Shown piece by piece: positions 18,804 through 28,739 of a stretch of DNA of 63,955 bases. Source of the stretch: an uncultured virus (IMG/VR IMGVR_UViG_3300032676_000987) (Duplodnaviria > Heunggongvirae > Uroviricota > Caudoviricetes); the IMG/VR virus record IMGVR_UViG_3300032676_000987, one strand, 5' to 3'. Positions within the stretch are counted from its first letter, which is position 1; each line of letters begins with the position of its first letter. Below the pieces are notes generated by a model. It ran no database searches. It saw nothing but the letters and a program-made list of their open reading frames with translations, and was not told where the DNA came from. The position numbers and the translations under genes were made by a program.

Positions 18804-20225
18804 ATGCACATGTCGGCTTATTGGATTAAAGAACTCAACAAAAGCGAATCTCGTCTGCACAAAGAAGAGGTCCTTAAGAAGGCGTATACTGCTGCTGCAA
18901 TCGGCAATAAGACCGCTAGCACTTTTATAACCCTGTTGGGTGCATGTTACGACCCATTCAGCACGTACGGAGTCAAGCAGATTCCTACCACTGACGGAAT
19001 TGTCGGCGGCGAGAACCCATACGAAGATTTTATGGGACTTCTGAATCGTCTTGCTAAGCGTGAATTGTCAGGTAATGCTGCGCGAGACGCTATTCAATCA
19101 ATGGCTGAACGCTTTGACAGCGATGAATGGAACACTTTTGCTGCTGCCGTTCTTCGTCGTGATGTTCGTGCGGGTATCAGCACTAGCACAATCAACAAGG
19201 TGTTTAAGGGTACTCCGTATGAAGTAGCGACTTTTGAATGTCAGTTGGCTACTAACTGTGAAGGGCGCCCCGAAATGCGCGGCATCAAGCGTCTTGAACC
19301 CAAGCTTGATGGTGTTCGTGTTCTTATGGTTGTTGACCTGGGCCCGGGTGCGATTCCTACTATCACTGTGACTTCGTACAGCCGCAATGGTAAGGTTTTT
19401 GAAAATTTCACTGGAATCGAAAATCAGATCAAAGCTAATCTTACGCCGATCATGTCTGCATTTGGTCAAAACGGAGGATGGTACAGTTTCGTGCTTGACG
19501 GTGAAGTCGTTGGTAATTCTTTTCAAGAACTTATGCGACAGGCTCGTCGTAAAACAGACGTGCAAGCAGATGACAGCGTTTTCCATGTGTTTGACATTAT
19601 TCCTCTGGTAGATTTCCGCAAAAAGATTTGGTCGACCCCGCTGTCTGATCGAATTGCCCTTCTTGAGACCGTGCGCTCTACGTTTGACCGTATGCCAAAT
19701 TTGGAACTGCTGCCTCATATTCAGGTTAATCTTGACACCGCAGAAGGTAAGTCTGAGCTAGAGAAGTACGCCAGTGAGATGGTCGCACTTGGGTATGAAG
19801 GTATTATGATCAAAGACCTAGATCAACCATACGTCTGTGATCGCAGCACTGCATGGATGAAGTGGAAACCTACTATTACGGTTGATCTTCAAATTGTCGG
19901 GTCCGAAGAAGGTACTGGTCGTAACGAAGGCAGGTTGGGGGCATTGATTTGCGCCGGTGTAGATAATGGTCGAGAAATCACGGTAAATGTCGGAAGTGGA
20001 TACGATGACCAGCTTCGGGCTCAAATTTGGGCAGACATTACTAACACTACTGTTACTTGGGAAAAGAAGGTTAACAAGGTTTGGGTTACTATGACTGAAA
20101 CTCCTAGTGGAACTCAACACATTGGTAATACGGTTGAGGTTATGGCTGATGCTGTAACTCAAAATCGAGACGGCACTTATTCGCTTCGTTTCCCTCGATT
20201 TGTTCGCTTTAGGGATGATAAATGA
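18804..20225 (+). CDS. lig: ATP-dependent DNA ligase
   Basis: EPKLDGVR (motif I), LDGE, FHVFD, EGIMIK, WMKWKP and SLRFPRF motifs. Confidence 0.95.
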   Translation: MHMSAYWIKELNKSESRLHKEEVLKKAYTAAAIGNKTASTFITLLGACYDPFSTYGVKQIPTTDGIVGGENPYEDFMGLLNRLAKRELSGNAARDAIQSMAERFDSDEWNTFAAAVLRRDVRAGISTSTINKVFKGTPYEVATFECQLATNCEGRPEMRGIKRLEPKLDGVRVLMVVDLGPGAIPTITVTSYSRNGKVFENFTGIENQIKANLTPIMSAFGQNGGWYSFVLDGEVVGNSFQELMRQARRKTDVQADDSVFHVFDIIPLVDFRKKIWSTPLSDRIALLETVRSTFDRMPNLELLPHIQVNLDTAEGKSELEKYASEMVALGYEGIMIKDLDQPYVCDRSTAWMKWKPTITVDLQIVGSEEGTGRNEGRLGALICAGVDNGREITVNVGSGYDDQLRAQIWADITNTTVTWEKKVNKVWVTMTETPSGTQHIGNTVEVMADAVTQNRDGTYSLRFPRFVRFRDDK

Positions 20226-20521
20226 TCGTTTCTGTGGCATGTAGACTGATTGCTCCAGTAGATTTGGGTGCAGTAAAAGCAGGTGACGAACTCATCCTAT
20301 CCATGCCGCGACCATGCAGGCACCATCACATTTTACATATGGTTCATGCGCTGGGATATGACACTATCATAGAACCCAAGAATCAGGGGTTCCTCACTGA
20401 TATCGGCGAGTTTGTCGATAGACGAACCGCATTTAAGATCGCAACAGAAGCTAATCAGGTTCTTCCTCGTAAGCCCGGTGGCTATAACGGGGATGAATTG
20501 TTCTCAGAGGACTTGTGGTAA
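20222..20521 (+). CDS. conserved phage hypothetical protein
   Basis: RHH...QGFLT..G.FVDR...LFSEDLW motif. Confidence 0.75.
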   Translation: MIVSVACRLIAPVDLGAVKAGDELILSMPRPCRHHHILHMVHALGYDTIIEPKNQGFLTDIGEFVDRRTAFKIATEANQVLPRKPGGYNGDELFSEDLW

Positions 20522-20715
20522 GATGGGACTTTAATGACTAAGCAAACTATCGGTTATATTGTATGGTCTGAGTCTGGACCTGTTCGTAATATTCGTTCAG
20601 AAGGACAATGGTTTCAGCGAAAAGAACCTATCAAGGTCTATAAGACAGAAGCCGTAGCCAAGCGTTATGGATCTGTTGTTAAGCCTGTTTATGTGGAAGT
20701 AGAAGAGGATTGATT

Positions 20716-20911
20716 ATGACTACATTTGGAATTATTTATGAAGAACCACCGCAACGATGTGAACAGTGTGATGTGATTGCTGAGACACGTCCAATATGGA
20801 CTCAATCACGAAGAAGTTTGTTTTGACTGTGCTATGAAGGACGAGGCGGTCACTGAAATGCGCATGAAAGAATATTTGACATTAGGCGGGGACGTTGAAG
20901 ATGGAAGATGA
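20716..20911 (+). pseudogene. Small CxxC...CxxC zinc-finger gene with +1 frameshift near 20794
   Basis: CEQC..IAETRP, then one extra A, then YGLNHEEVCFDCAMKDE. Confidence 0.6.
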
Positions 20912-21128
20912 AGAAGAAGTAGACTACGTTGCTCTCCAACAAATGGTTGGCAAACGATACCAATTTGAAGATGGCGATAGCATTGAAATCGTACAAATCA
21001 AACGCAGAGAAACTGGTCCGTGGGTCACGTACCATGTTCACCAAGGACCCGGTATTCCTAGAAAGCTGCTAATGATGCTAGACGAATTTAAAGTAACATA
21101 CGGACATCTGTTTGAAGAATTGCCGTAG
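20901..21128 (+). CDS. hypothetical protein
   Basis: Operonic ORF. Confidence 0.65.
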   Translation: MEDEEEVDYVALQQMVGKRYQFEDGDSIEIVQIKRRETGPWVTYHVHQGPGIPRKLLMMLDEFKVTYGHLFEELP

Positions 21129-21156
21129 TTACTGCATTATTTGAACTAAATACAGT

Positions 21157-22593
21157 ATGACTTTAATTAAAAGAATTTTTAGTTTTGCAACCGTAACACT
21201 TCTAGTTGCACTTTCTCTCGGTAGTATTGCTGCCTGGTACTCCATACAGGGCCTTGTGGCAATTTTCTCTGCGGCAGCATTGCCTATCATGATTATGGGC
21301 GGATCATTAGAATTCGCTAAGGTTGTCACCACGGTTTGGCTGCATCGATATTGGCATCGTGCTAAATGGCAGATGAAACTTTATTTGGTCCCATCTGTAG
21401 TCGCCCTAGCATTTTTGACCAGCATGGGGATATATGGATATTTGGCAAAAGCACACAGCGACCAAAGCTTGGTAAGCGGAGACGTACAAGCAAAAATAGA
21501 AATATACGAACAAAAACTTCAAACATCAAAGGACACGATAGATGCTGACCGTAAAGCACTTAAACAACTCGATGAGGCAGTGGACCAAACGTTGGGTAGA
21601 ACAACGGACGCGAAGGGCGCGGCAAGGGCGGTATCTTTACGTAGAAGTCAATCCGATGAGCGCAATCGTCTTGCCAACGAAATTGAAACCGAACAGGCAA
21701 ACAGTGCTAAACTTAATGAGCAAATGGCCCCGATTAAGGGCGCCGCGCGCAAGGTGGAGGCGGAAGTTGGGCCTATAAAATACATCGCCGCACTGATATA
21801 CGGAGACAACCCTAGTAACGATTTACTAGAGCGTGCAGTGCGATGGGTTATAATTCTAATTGTATTTGTGTTTGACCCATTAGCGCTGATGCTAGTGCTT
21901 GCAGCACAAAGCAGTTACGAGTGGCTAGAAGAAGATAATAAACAACAAGATAGCCCAAAAGTCCTAGAGGAGGCACCAGAAGATGAATCAGAATCTATAC
22001 AACCAGATGATGTTGACGTGGATGTTGAATTGGGAGACGATTTACCAAAAGAACATATTCCCGATGCAATTGAACATGTTGAAGAATTGGAACCAGTTGA
22101 AGACGAACCTTCAGGAGCAGCAGAACCAATCACAGAACCAGACACTATCGAAGATGCTGAGCCAAGAATTTCCCCAGTTTTAGAGTCTGATATCAAAACT
22201 GAAAACGTGATGCTAGAAAAAAGTGAGGGCGTCTATTTAACATATGCCGGTAAATCTATTCCTAGTCATGCACTCAAAGAACTTAGAACTGACTTGTTCG
22301 CCGCTAAACCAGACGCCGAACAAGTTAATACTAACTTCGGAACGTCTTTTCCTAACTTTGCTAAAAAAGGCGATATCTTTGTTAGAGTGGATTCACTGCC
22401 AAATCGAGTCTTTAAGTTTGATAGCTTAAAGTGGATAGAGATTAATAAAGAACAAACTGACTCCTATCTATATGATAAAGAATACCTAAACTACCTTGTT
22501 ACTAAAATTGAGAGGGGCGAGTACGACGTAGAATTGCTTTCTGAAAACGAGAAAGCAGAATTGGAACAATATCTACAATCTAAAAAATCATAA
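21157..22593 (+). CDS. Multi-TM coiled-coil membrane protein with acidic linker
   Basis: Three N-terminal TMs, coiled coil, EAEVGPIKYIA, IVFVFDPLA TM; TAAATA directly upstream. Confidence 0.8.
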   Translation: MTLIKRIFSFATVTLLVALSLGSIAAWYSIQGLVAIFSAAALPIMIMGGSLEFAKVVTTVWLHRYWHRAKWQMKLYLVPSVVALAFLTSMGIYGYLAKAHSDQSLVSGDVQAKIEIYEQKLQTSKDTIDADRKALKQLDEAVDQTLGRTTDAKGAARAVSLRRSQSDERNRLANEIETEQANSAKLNEQMAPIKGAARKVEAEVGPIKYIAALIYGDNPSNDLLERAVRWVIILIVFVFDPLALMLVLAAQSSYEWLEEDNKQQDSPKVLEEAPEDESESIQPDDVDVDVELGDDLPKEHIPDAIEHVEELEPVEDEPSGAAEPITEPDTIEDAEPRISPVLESDIKTENVMLEKSEGVYLTYAGKSIPSHALKELRTDLFAAKPDAEQVNTNFGTSFPNFAKKGDIFVRVDSLPNRVFKFDSLKWIEINKEQTDSYLYDKEYLNYLVTKIERGEYDVELLSENEKAELEQYLQSKKS

Positions 22594-22630
22594 TTTCACA
22601 CACACCGTTTCAGTAAGATAAGTAAATCAG

Positions 22631-23827
22631 ATGGTAGACACAAAATTAGATCATTGTTCCTTCTGTGGAACTCATAAAGACCAAGTAACAAAGCTTATCG
22701 TTAGTGAAGACGTAGCGATTTGTAGCGACTGTATAGACTTGTGCAATCAACTTATTGCATCTGGAAAATCCTCCTCAAGTATTAAACCTGATCAAACAGA
22801 GATTGATGCATATAGCATTAAGGAATATCTTGACCAGCATGTCATAGGTCAGGATGAAGCTAAGAAGGTTTTGTCGGTAGCGATTTCTAATCATTACAAG
22901 CGAATTAATAATCCACCTAAGGATTTAGAAATTCAAAAGGGAAACGTGCTACTGATTGGACCAACTGGTTCTGGTAAGACCCTTTTAGCTAAAACAGTAG
23001 CAAAATATCTGAACGTTCCTTTCGTGATTGCAGATGCTACTAACTTGACTGAGGCAGGGTACGTAGGCGAAGATGCCGAAACCATGATTGCAATGCTATT
23101 AGCTCTTGCAGATAACGATGTGAGCAAAGCAGAACGCGGGATAGTCTTTATTGACGAGATTGATAAAATCTCTCGCAAGAGTGAGAGTGCTAGCATTACC
23201 CGTGATGTTAGCGGAGAGGGCGTTCAACAAGCACTTTTGAAGTTGGTAGAGGGAACTAAATGCCGGGTAAGCCCGATTGGCAAACGCAAGCATCCACAAG
23301 GTGAAATGATTGAAGTGGATACCAAAAATATTCTGTTTATTGCAGGTGGAGCCTTTGTCGGAATAGAAAACATAATCAAAAGTAGAACACAGGGATCGTC
23401 TATCGGGTTCGGCCCGGTGATGAAACCAAAAAATGACGCTGTTTGTTTATCATCTGTGAGTCCTGATGATTTAACAAAGTTTGGTATGATTCCAGAGTTT
23501 ATCGGAAGATTTACTACTACTATAACCTTGCAGGATCTAACTTTAGATCAACTGGTTGCAGTGTTGACTACCATCAAAAACAGCTTTATTGAGCAATATC
23601 AATATCTGTTCGAACTTGATGGAATTGAACTCTCATTTACCGAAGATGCTATCGTGAAGACTGCGCAAAATTGTATAGATTTACATACGGGTGCTAGAGG
23701 CCTACACACGGAAATAGAACGTGTGCTAATGCAACATATGTTCCACATTCATAAGTATAAGGAATGCGGTATTAAAACTATAACAATCGATGTAGATCAA
23801 ATAACCAACCCTACACCACTAGTATAA
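22631..23827 (+). CDS. clpX: ATP-dependent Clp protease ATP-binding subunit ClpX
   Basis: CSFC...ICSDC zinc finger, GPTGSGKT, FIDEIDKI, RDVSGEGVQQALLK, IGF loop. Confidence 0.97.
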   Translation: MVDTKLDHCSFCGTHKDQVTKLIVSEDVAICSDCIDLCNQLIASGKSSSSIKPDQTEIDAYSIKEYLDQHVIGQDEAKKVLSVAISNHYKRINNPPKDLEIQKGNVLLIGPTGSGKTLLAKTVAKYLNVPFVIADATNLTEAGYVGEDAETMIAMLLALADNDVSKAERGIVFIDEIDKISRKSESASITRDVSGEGVQQALLKLVEGTKCRVSPIGKRKHPQGEMIEVDTKNILFIAGGAFVGIENIIKSRTQGSSIGFGPVMKPKNDAVCLSSVSPDDLTKFGMIPEFIGRFTTTITLQDLTLDQLVAVLTTIKNSFIEQYQYLFELDGIELSFTEDAIVKTAQNCIDLHTGARGLHTEIERVLMQHMFHIHKYKECGIKTITIDVDQITNPTPLV

Positions 23828-23932
23828 TACCCAAAATACTAGAATTTTTACGAATTTATAGTAGTATAAATACTATTGTAGATGCTCAATGAGGTCTACA
23901 ATAATAGTCTTGCTTAATAAAGGAGATAAAAC

Positions 23933-24382
23933 ATGACTAATGAACTAACCCTTCGTGCCTTCGACATTCCATCAATTCATAAATTTGCAGTAGGTTTTGA
24001 CAGCGTTTTTAATGAATTGAGTAGAGCACATTTTCTGCAATCTAATGTCAATTATCCACCATTTAATGTAGTACAACATTCTGACGATAGATTCAGCATC
24101 GAACTTGCTGTGGCCGGATTTAACGAAGGAGATATCGATGTTACTTTGGAAAAAAACGTTCTAACTATTCAAGGTAAACAAGCAGTAGAAGACAATCTAA
24201 ATGGACCTGTGTATCTACATCGCGGTATTTCGGCCCGCAGTTTTACTCGTTCGTTCACTTTAGCAGAACATGTTGAGGTTGAAGGAGCTGACGTTAATAA
24301 CGGCATTCTAACTATTGATCTTGAGCGCAAGGTTCCTGAGGAACAAAAACCCAAAACCATTGCGGTTTCATATAAAAAGTAA
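23933..24382 (+). CDS. ibpA: Small heat-shock protein (Hsp20/IbpA)
   Basis: NYPPFN, IELAVAGF, YLHRGIS.RSF.R.F.L and NGILTI motifs. Confidence 0.95.
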   Translation: MTNELTLRAFDIPSIHKFAVGFDSVFNELSRAHFLQSNVNYPPFNVVQHSDDRFSIELAVAGFNEGDIDVTLEKNVLTIQGKQAVEDNLNGPVYLHRGISARSFTRSFTLAEHVEVEGADVNNGILTIDLERKVPEEQKPKTIAVSYKK

Positions 24383-24441
24383 TATAAATAATAGTGCTTG
24401 CAGCCGATGTGGCTGCAAGCACACTATCAAGGATTAATAAA

Positions 24442-24750
24442 ATGGCAAATGCAGAAATCAAAAGCAAAATTAAGCCTAACGTAGCTCTTAAGGAGCCGCC
24501 ACTATACAAGATTATCTACATCAATGATAATCATACTTCTATGGAATTCGTGATTAGTTCTCTCGTTGAGTACTTTAATTACAATCCAGACACTGCATCA
24601 GTCATTACTGTTGATATTCATGAGCAAGGTAGCGCGGTGGTTGCTGTTCTGCCATATGAAATCGCCGAACAGAAAGGAATTGAAGTCACGCTTGATGCCC
24701 GTGCACAAGGATATCCTCTACAAGTGAAGGTAGAAGCAGAATCAAACTAA
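24442..24750 (+). CDS. clpS: ClpS N-degron adaptor
   Basis: PPLYKIIYINDNHTSMEFVI, IHEQG.AVV, EIAEQK and GYPL motifs. Confidence 0.93.
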   Translation: MANAEIKSKIKPNVALKEPPLYKIIYINDNHTSMEFVISSLVEYFNYNPDTASVITVDIHEQGSAVVAVLPYEIAEQKGIEVTLDARAQGYPLQVKVEAESN

Positions 24751-25440
24751 TACTGTGATTCGCTTAGCCCAATAGGGCGACTTTTTAATGTATGGATTAT
24801 TAATGTAGTTGATGTTACTAACTACAGTATCAGACCCCTTATCGTAGGTGCCAAATACCCAATGTGTTACTTTGTGTTCGGTATCACTATCCAAAGAAAC
24901 ATTTAGTGGTATTTGGTCTTCTACGACATTGGGTCCTTCACCGAAATATAGATTTGGATTAGGTACTGCGTTAGACACTACGATTATTTTCTTAACATCT
25001 AGGTGTTTTTGCAATTTACCGATAGCTTTGTGTAGATATGTAATATCTTCGTGTCTTGCTGCTGCCGGTAAAAGATTCTCTAGTGTAAGAGCATCGCTAA
25101 CGTTACTCCATCCATTTATGCCTACAATAGCAATACCGTCAATAATTACAACGTGCTGATGAAGCATACAGACTTTAGGTAGACTTTGTGAAATAGACAT
25201 TAGCTCTTCGGTTCTAGAAACAATATCAATGGCTGTTTCGTATTCTAATATACCTGGAGTATAGAATACTCCTTGATAGAATCTACCCAAATGTGCTAAT
25301 GTTTGAAGGACTGTCATTATGTCAGAACTGACATTACCTGCAACTATACAATAAAGGCTGGTTGCCTTACCTTCCCAATTAAAACTGTCATGGGAAGATA
25401 GATTAAGGTCACTGATTACATCAAAGCCTATGTCTTGCAT
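24742..25440 (-). CDS. Calcineurin-like phosphoesterase fold, metal ligands degenerate
   Basis: ISDLNL, AGNV, PGILEY, SNAVP and FGTYD replace DxH, GD, GNHE, HH and GHxH. Confidence 0.65.
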   Translation of the reverse strand: MQDIGFDVISDLNLSSHDSFNWEGKATSLYCIVAGNVSSDIMTVLQTLAHLGRFYQGVFYTPGILEYETAIDIVSRTEELMSISQSLPKVCMLHQHVVIIDGIAIVGINGWSNVSDALTLENLLPAAARHEDITYLHKAIGKLQKHLDVKKIIVVSNAVPNPNLYFGEGPNVVEDQIPLNVSLDSDTEHKVTHWVFGTYDKGSDTVVSNINYINNPYIKKSPYWAKRITVLV

Positions 25441-25446
25441 GTATAA

Positions 25447-25830
25447 TTATTTTGCAACATCTAGCTTAGGCTTACGTGGAGTGCCGGCCTTCTTCACTAC
25501 GGATTCAGCTTCATTAACTACTACATTTTCGACTTGCTTAGCAGCGGCCTTAATACGAGGAGATGCCTTCTTTAAGGCTACTTCAACTACATCTTCAACC
25601 TTTTCAGCAACTTCTTGGACTTCCGGTGCATATTGTTTAACAGCCACTTCAACATTTGCAGCAACTGCCTCAGCCTGCGGCGCATATTTTTCAATAACTG
25701 CTTCTACTTTGGCTGCCTCGCTAGTAACTGTTTCGGTAACCTGTGTTATAGACTTGTTATTCTTTTTGTAATAAAAATAAACAACTGTAGCTACTGCTGC
25801 AACTACGATTATTCCTAATAGAAATACCAT
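25447..25830 (-). CDS. membrane-anchored Ala/Val/Glu-rich protein
   Basis: N-terminal TM, internal KYAP/QYAP repeat, AGGAG SD. Confidence 0.7.
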   Translation of the reverse strand: MVFLLGIIVVAAVATVVYFYYKKNNKSITQVTETVTSEAAKVEAVIEKYAPQAEAVAANVEVAVKQYAPEVQEVAEKVEDVVEVALKKASPRIKAAAKQVENVVVNEAESVVKKAGTPRKPKLDVAK

Positions 25831-25906
25831 AAAATATTCTCCTATTTGTTGGTCTTCAAGTGTATTTATGATGACTACCATAGGACTAAACTAATAAAGA
25901 GAAAAT

Positions 25907-26848
25907 ATGACTATTACCCGTATCAAAAATCAAATGCTAGATTTAATAAATAACACTACCGATTTATGTGTATTGACCAATTCACTTAAGGTTCTTGAGC
26001 ACGGCGATATTCGCAATCGAGCGTTAAATGTCCTAAAAACTAATCCTACTGCTGCTGCTTTTGCAGATCAAATAGCAAACACTATAATTAGCATTGATGT
26101 TCCGGTCATCGAGAAAAATGATTTCTTGAACAGATATCCTAAAGGTGTCTTAGATGTATCTTTACTACTAGACAAGAATCCACACACCTTTAGGGAGTTA
26201 GTTGGCTCAGGCTTTTCTGCTATCTTATACAAGGAGTTGTGTATTTCTTTGGTGTCACAGGGTGTTGGGCCCGGAGAGGTTGCTATTGCAGCTATGAATC
26301 CTACCATCCGATGGAACGGACAAGTTCCTGGTGGCGGTGATATCGTAGTCGGCGGTATCTGCGTTGAAGTTAAGACTAAGATTAAATCTGGCGGACGATG
26401 GTTAAATACACGCAAGGCTAACATGAACATGCCGGCTATAAAACATGCTATTGAAGGCCAGAGCGGGAGTTCGATACCAGATAGATTATCTATCTCCGAT
26501 TGGATTTATATCTATCGACCTAAGATACCTACTACTAATTTACCTGACGTATGTAAAACAATAGCTACTGGATTATTCACTGCTACAGATACTAATGCAT
26601 TTGAAACGGCATTAGTGACCGGTGACAAAGAAACTATTTTAGACGAGCTTCTACGAGCAGGATATAACAACTACAAAACCCTATCTAAGTTTGATGGAAT
26701 ATTGATGATAGATGTTCCAAAAGAAAAAGCACAGTATTTCACCACCTACGAAGAAATGAAGGGTAAAATTAAGGTCGAGTGCGCATATCTGTATGCACCC
26801 GAAAGTGAAGCGATGCCTAAGGTTTCGTTAAGTATTCCAAATTGGTAG
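25907..26848 (+). CDS. PD-(D/E)xK nuclease-like protein
   Basis: GPGE...GGGDI..GG..VEVKT motif. Confidence 0.55.
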   Translation: MTITRIKNQMLDLINNTTDLCVLTNSLKVLEHGDIRNRALNVLKTNPTAAAFADQIANTIISIDVPVIEKNDFLNRYPKGVLDVSLLLDKNPHTFRELVGSGFSAILYKELCISLVSQGVGPGEVAIAAMNPTIRWNGQVPGGGDIVVGGICVEVKTKIKSGGRWLNTRKANMNMPAIKHAIEGQSGSSIPDRLSISDWIYIYRPKIPTTNLPDVCKTIATGLFTATDTNAFETALVTGDKETILDELLRAGYNNYKTLSKFDGILMIDVPKEKAQYFTTYEEMKGKIKVECAYLYAPESEAMPKVSLSIPNW

Positions 26849-26916
26849 CCGAAACATTTGCTTTTCACTGCCTGCTTATATAACATAAATCTATAAACTC
26901 AAACAAAGGATATTAA

Positions 26917-27507
26917 ATGAGTCTCGTTCCAATCGTACTTGAACAAACCAGCCGTGGCGAAAGAAGTTATGACATTTATTCGCGCCTTCTCAGAGACAGA
27001 GTGATTCTTTTGGAGGGTGAAGTTCATGATCAAATGGCTAACCTTATCGTAGCGCAATTGCTCTACCTAGAATCCGAAGATTCTTCTGCTGACATTTCGC
27101 TCTATATAAACTCGCCAGGTGGCTCCGTTACTGCTGGCATGGCGATCTACGATGCTATTCAGTTCATCAAGCCTGATGTTTCCACTATCGTGATGGGACA
27201 GGCCTGCTCGATGGGATCATTGCTTGCTCAGGCAGGTGCAGCTGGAAAGCGATTTATGCTTCCGAACGCTCGTCACATGATTCACCAACCATCTGGTGGC
27301 GCCCGCGGAATGCAAAGTGATATCGAGATTTCTTACAAGGAGATCACCTATCTCAAGAAGCGTTTGACTGAAATCTACGTCGAACATAACTCTGCCGGAA
27401 AGACGTATGCAGATTTTGAGCGTGACATGGACCGCGATAAGTTTATGTCTGCCCAAGAAGCTTTGGAATACGGGCTTATCGATAAGATCGTCACTAAGCG
27501 CGACTAG
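26917..27507 (+). CDS. clpP: ATP-dependent Clp protease proteolytic subunit ClpP
   Basis: [24 protein letters not shown] (Ser), MIHQP (His), DRD (Asp). Confidence 0.98.
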   Translation: MSLVPIVLEQTSRGERSYDIYSRLLRDRVILLEGEVHDQMANLIVAQLLYLESEDSSADISLYINSPGGSVTAGMAIYDAIQFIKPDVSTIVMGQACSMGSLLAQAGAAGKRFMLPNARHMIHQPSGGARGMQSDIEISYKEITYLKKRLTEIYVEHNSAGKTYADFERDMDRDKFMSAQEALEYGLIDKIVTKRD

Positions 27508-27646
27508 CAGGTTGATAATCCTGATTTTCCTAATCACCTAAAGACTAGCGAGAAGAACGAACTGTTCTACGATCCGCTGTCCGCTTTGGTCGTGGAGATT
27601 TGGTTCAGCAAGGGTACTAATAGTTATCTGTTTAGGATCTATTGAA

Positions 27647-28225
27647 ATGCTACCGCCGCTATCTGGCGAACAAAAGATGTGGTATATCCTTAAGGGGTAT
27701 ACTATTAACGTGGACGTATTCGGAAATCGGGAGTGGTGTCTAAACGGACAACTTCACCGAGAAGACGGCCCGGCGTGTGAATATGCGAACGGCATTCGGG
27801 ATTGGTATCTTAACGGGCAACGTCACCGAGAAGACGGCCCGGCGGTTGAATATGCGGATGGAACTCGGTATTGGTATCGCTACGGAGAATACCACCGAGA
27901 AGGCGGCCCGGCGGTTGAAGATGCGAACTTCGGTCGGCATTGGTATCTTAACGGGCAACGTCACCGAGAAGGCGGCCCTGCTATTGAATATGCGAACGGC
28001 GATCGGCATTGGTATCTTAACGGGCAACGTCACCGAGAAGGCGGCCCTGCTATTGAATATGCGAACGGCGATCGGCATTGGTATCTTAACGGGCAACGTC
28101 ACCGAGAAGACGGCCCGGCGGTTGAATGGGAGAACGGCAATCGGGCTTGGTATCTAAACGACCAAAACATGACCGAACAAGAACACCGAAAACTCACTCA
28201 AAAGAAAATGGCTAATATCGGTTGA
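27647..28225 (+). CDS. 23-aa (HREDGPA) repeat protein, 6 repeats
   Basis: 29-aa head + 6 x WYLNGQRHREDGPAxEYANGxRx + 25-aa tail = 192 aa. Confidence 0.9.
   Translation: MLPPLSGEQKMWYILKGYTINVDVFGNREWCLNGQLHREDGPACEYANGIRDWYLNGQRHREDGPAVEYADGTRYWYRYGEYHREGGPAVEDANFGRHWYLNGQRHREGGPAIEYANGDRHWYLNGQRHREGGPAIEYANGDRHWYLNGQRHREDGPAVEWENGNRAWYLNDQNMTEQEHRKLTQKKMANIG
27734..28147 (+). repeat. Tandem 69-bp coding repeat x6
   Basis: TGGTATCTTAACGGGCAACGTCACCGAGAAG... unit; copies 4 and 5 are identical. Confidence 0.95.
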
Positions 28226-28250
28226 CTTCGGATATCCATATCTGTATATT
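28222..28250 (+). promoter_or_regulatory. sigma70-type promoter overlapping the repeat-gene stop codon
   Basis: TTGACT-N17-TATATT; the TGA stop lies within the -35 box. Confidence 0.7.
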
Positions 28251-28301
28251 CAGAACATAGAGAGCAACGGTGCTCTCGCACACAAACACGAGGAACTTGC
28301 A

Positions 28302-28562
28302 ATGTCGTACATCGTCTATCACATCGCTTCGACTCAACTGAGCAAGTCTTACAAAGACGAGACTGGCGCCAAGCGCGGACGCACTTGCATGAACCGTAAC
28401 GCTGGCAGTGTTCAGTATGCTTATGCGAGCAATGAAGACTATCACAACAAGGTGGTCGGCATGAAGACTGTTCGCAATCTGATGACTGGTAAGGAAATTC
28501 AAATCCCGACGAACACTCCCGGATGTTGTGATCCCAGTCGGGAAAGCTATTGGTCGATGTGA
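28302..28562 (+). CDS. conserved early hypothetical protein
   Basis: V.NLMTGK...I..NTP.CCDPS.E.YWSM motif; GAGGA SD. Confidence 0.75.
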   Translation: MSYIVYHIASTQLSKSYKDETGAKRGRTCMNRNAGSVQYAYASNEDYHNKVVGMKTVRNLMTGKEIQIPTNTPGCCDPSRESYWSM

Positions 28563-28739
28563 GAATCAAAATGACGATGGACAGGGCTCACACTATTCTC
28601 ATTAAGATGGCTAAGGAACGTTATACCTCTATCTTTGCGGTTCTTGCCGAATTCAACCAATATCAAGTGGACGGTGAATGCAAGCATTTCTGGCCCGATG
28701 AAAATACCGCCTGCAACACTCTATTGGGATTGAAGGTAA

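Noticed and set aside
27734..28147. CRISPR array
   Set aside because: Units are contiguous 69-bp in-frame coding repeats with no unique spacers, and no cas genes are present.
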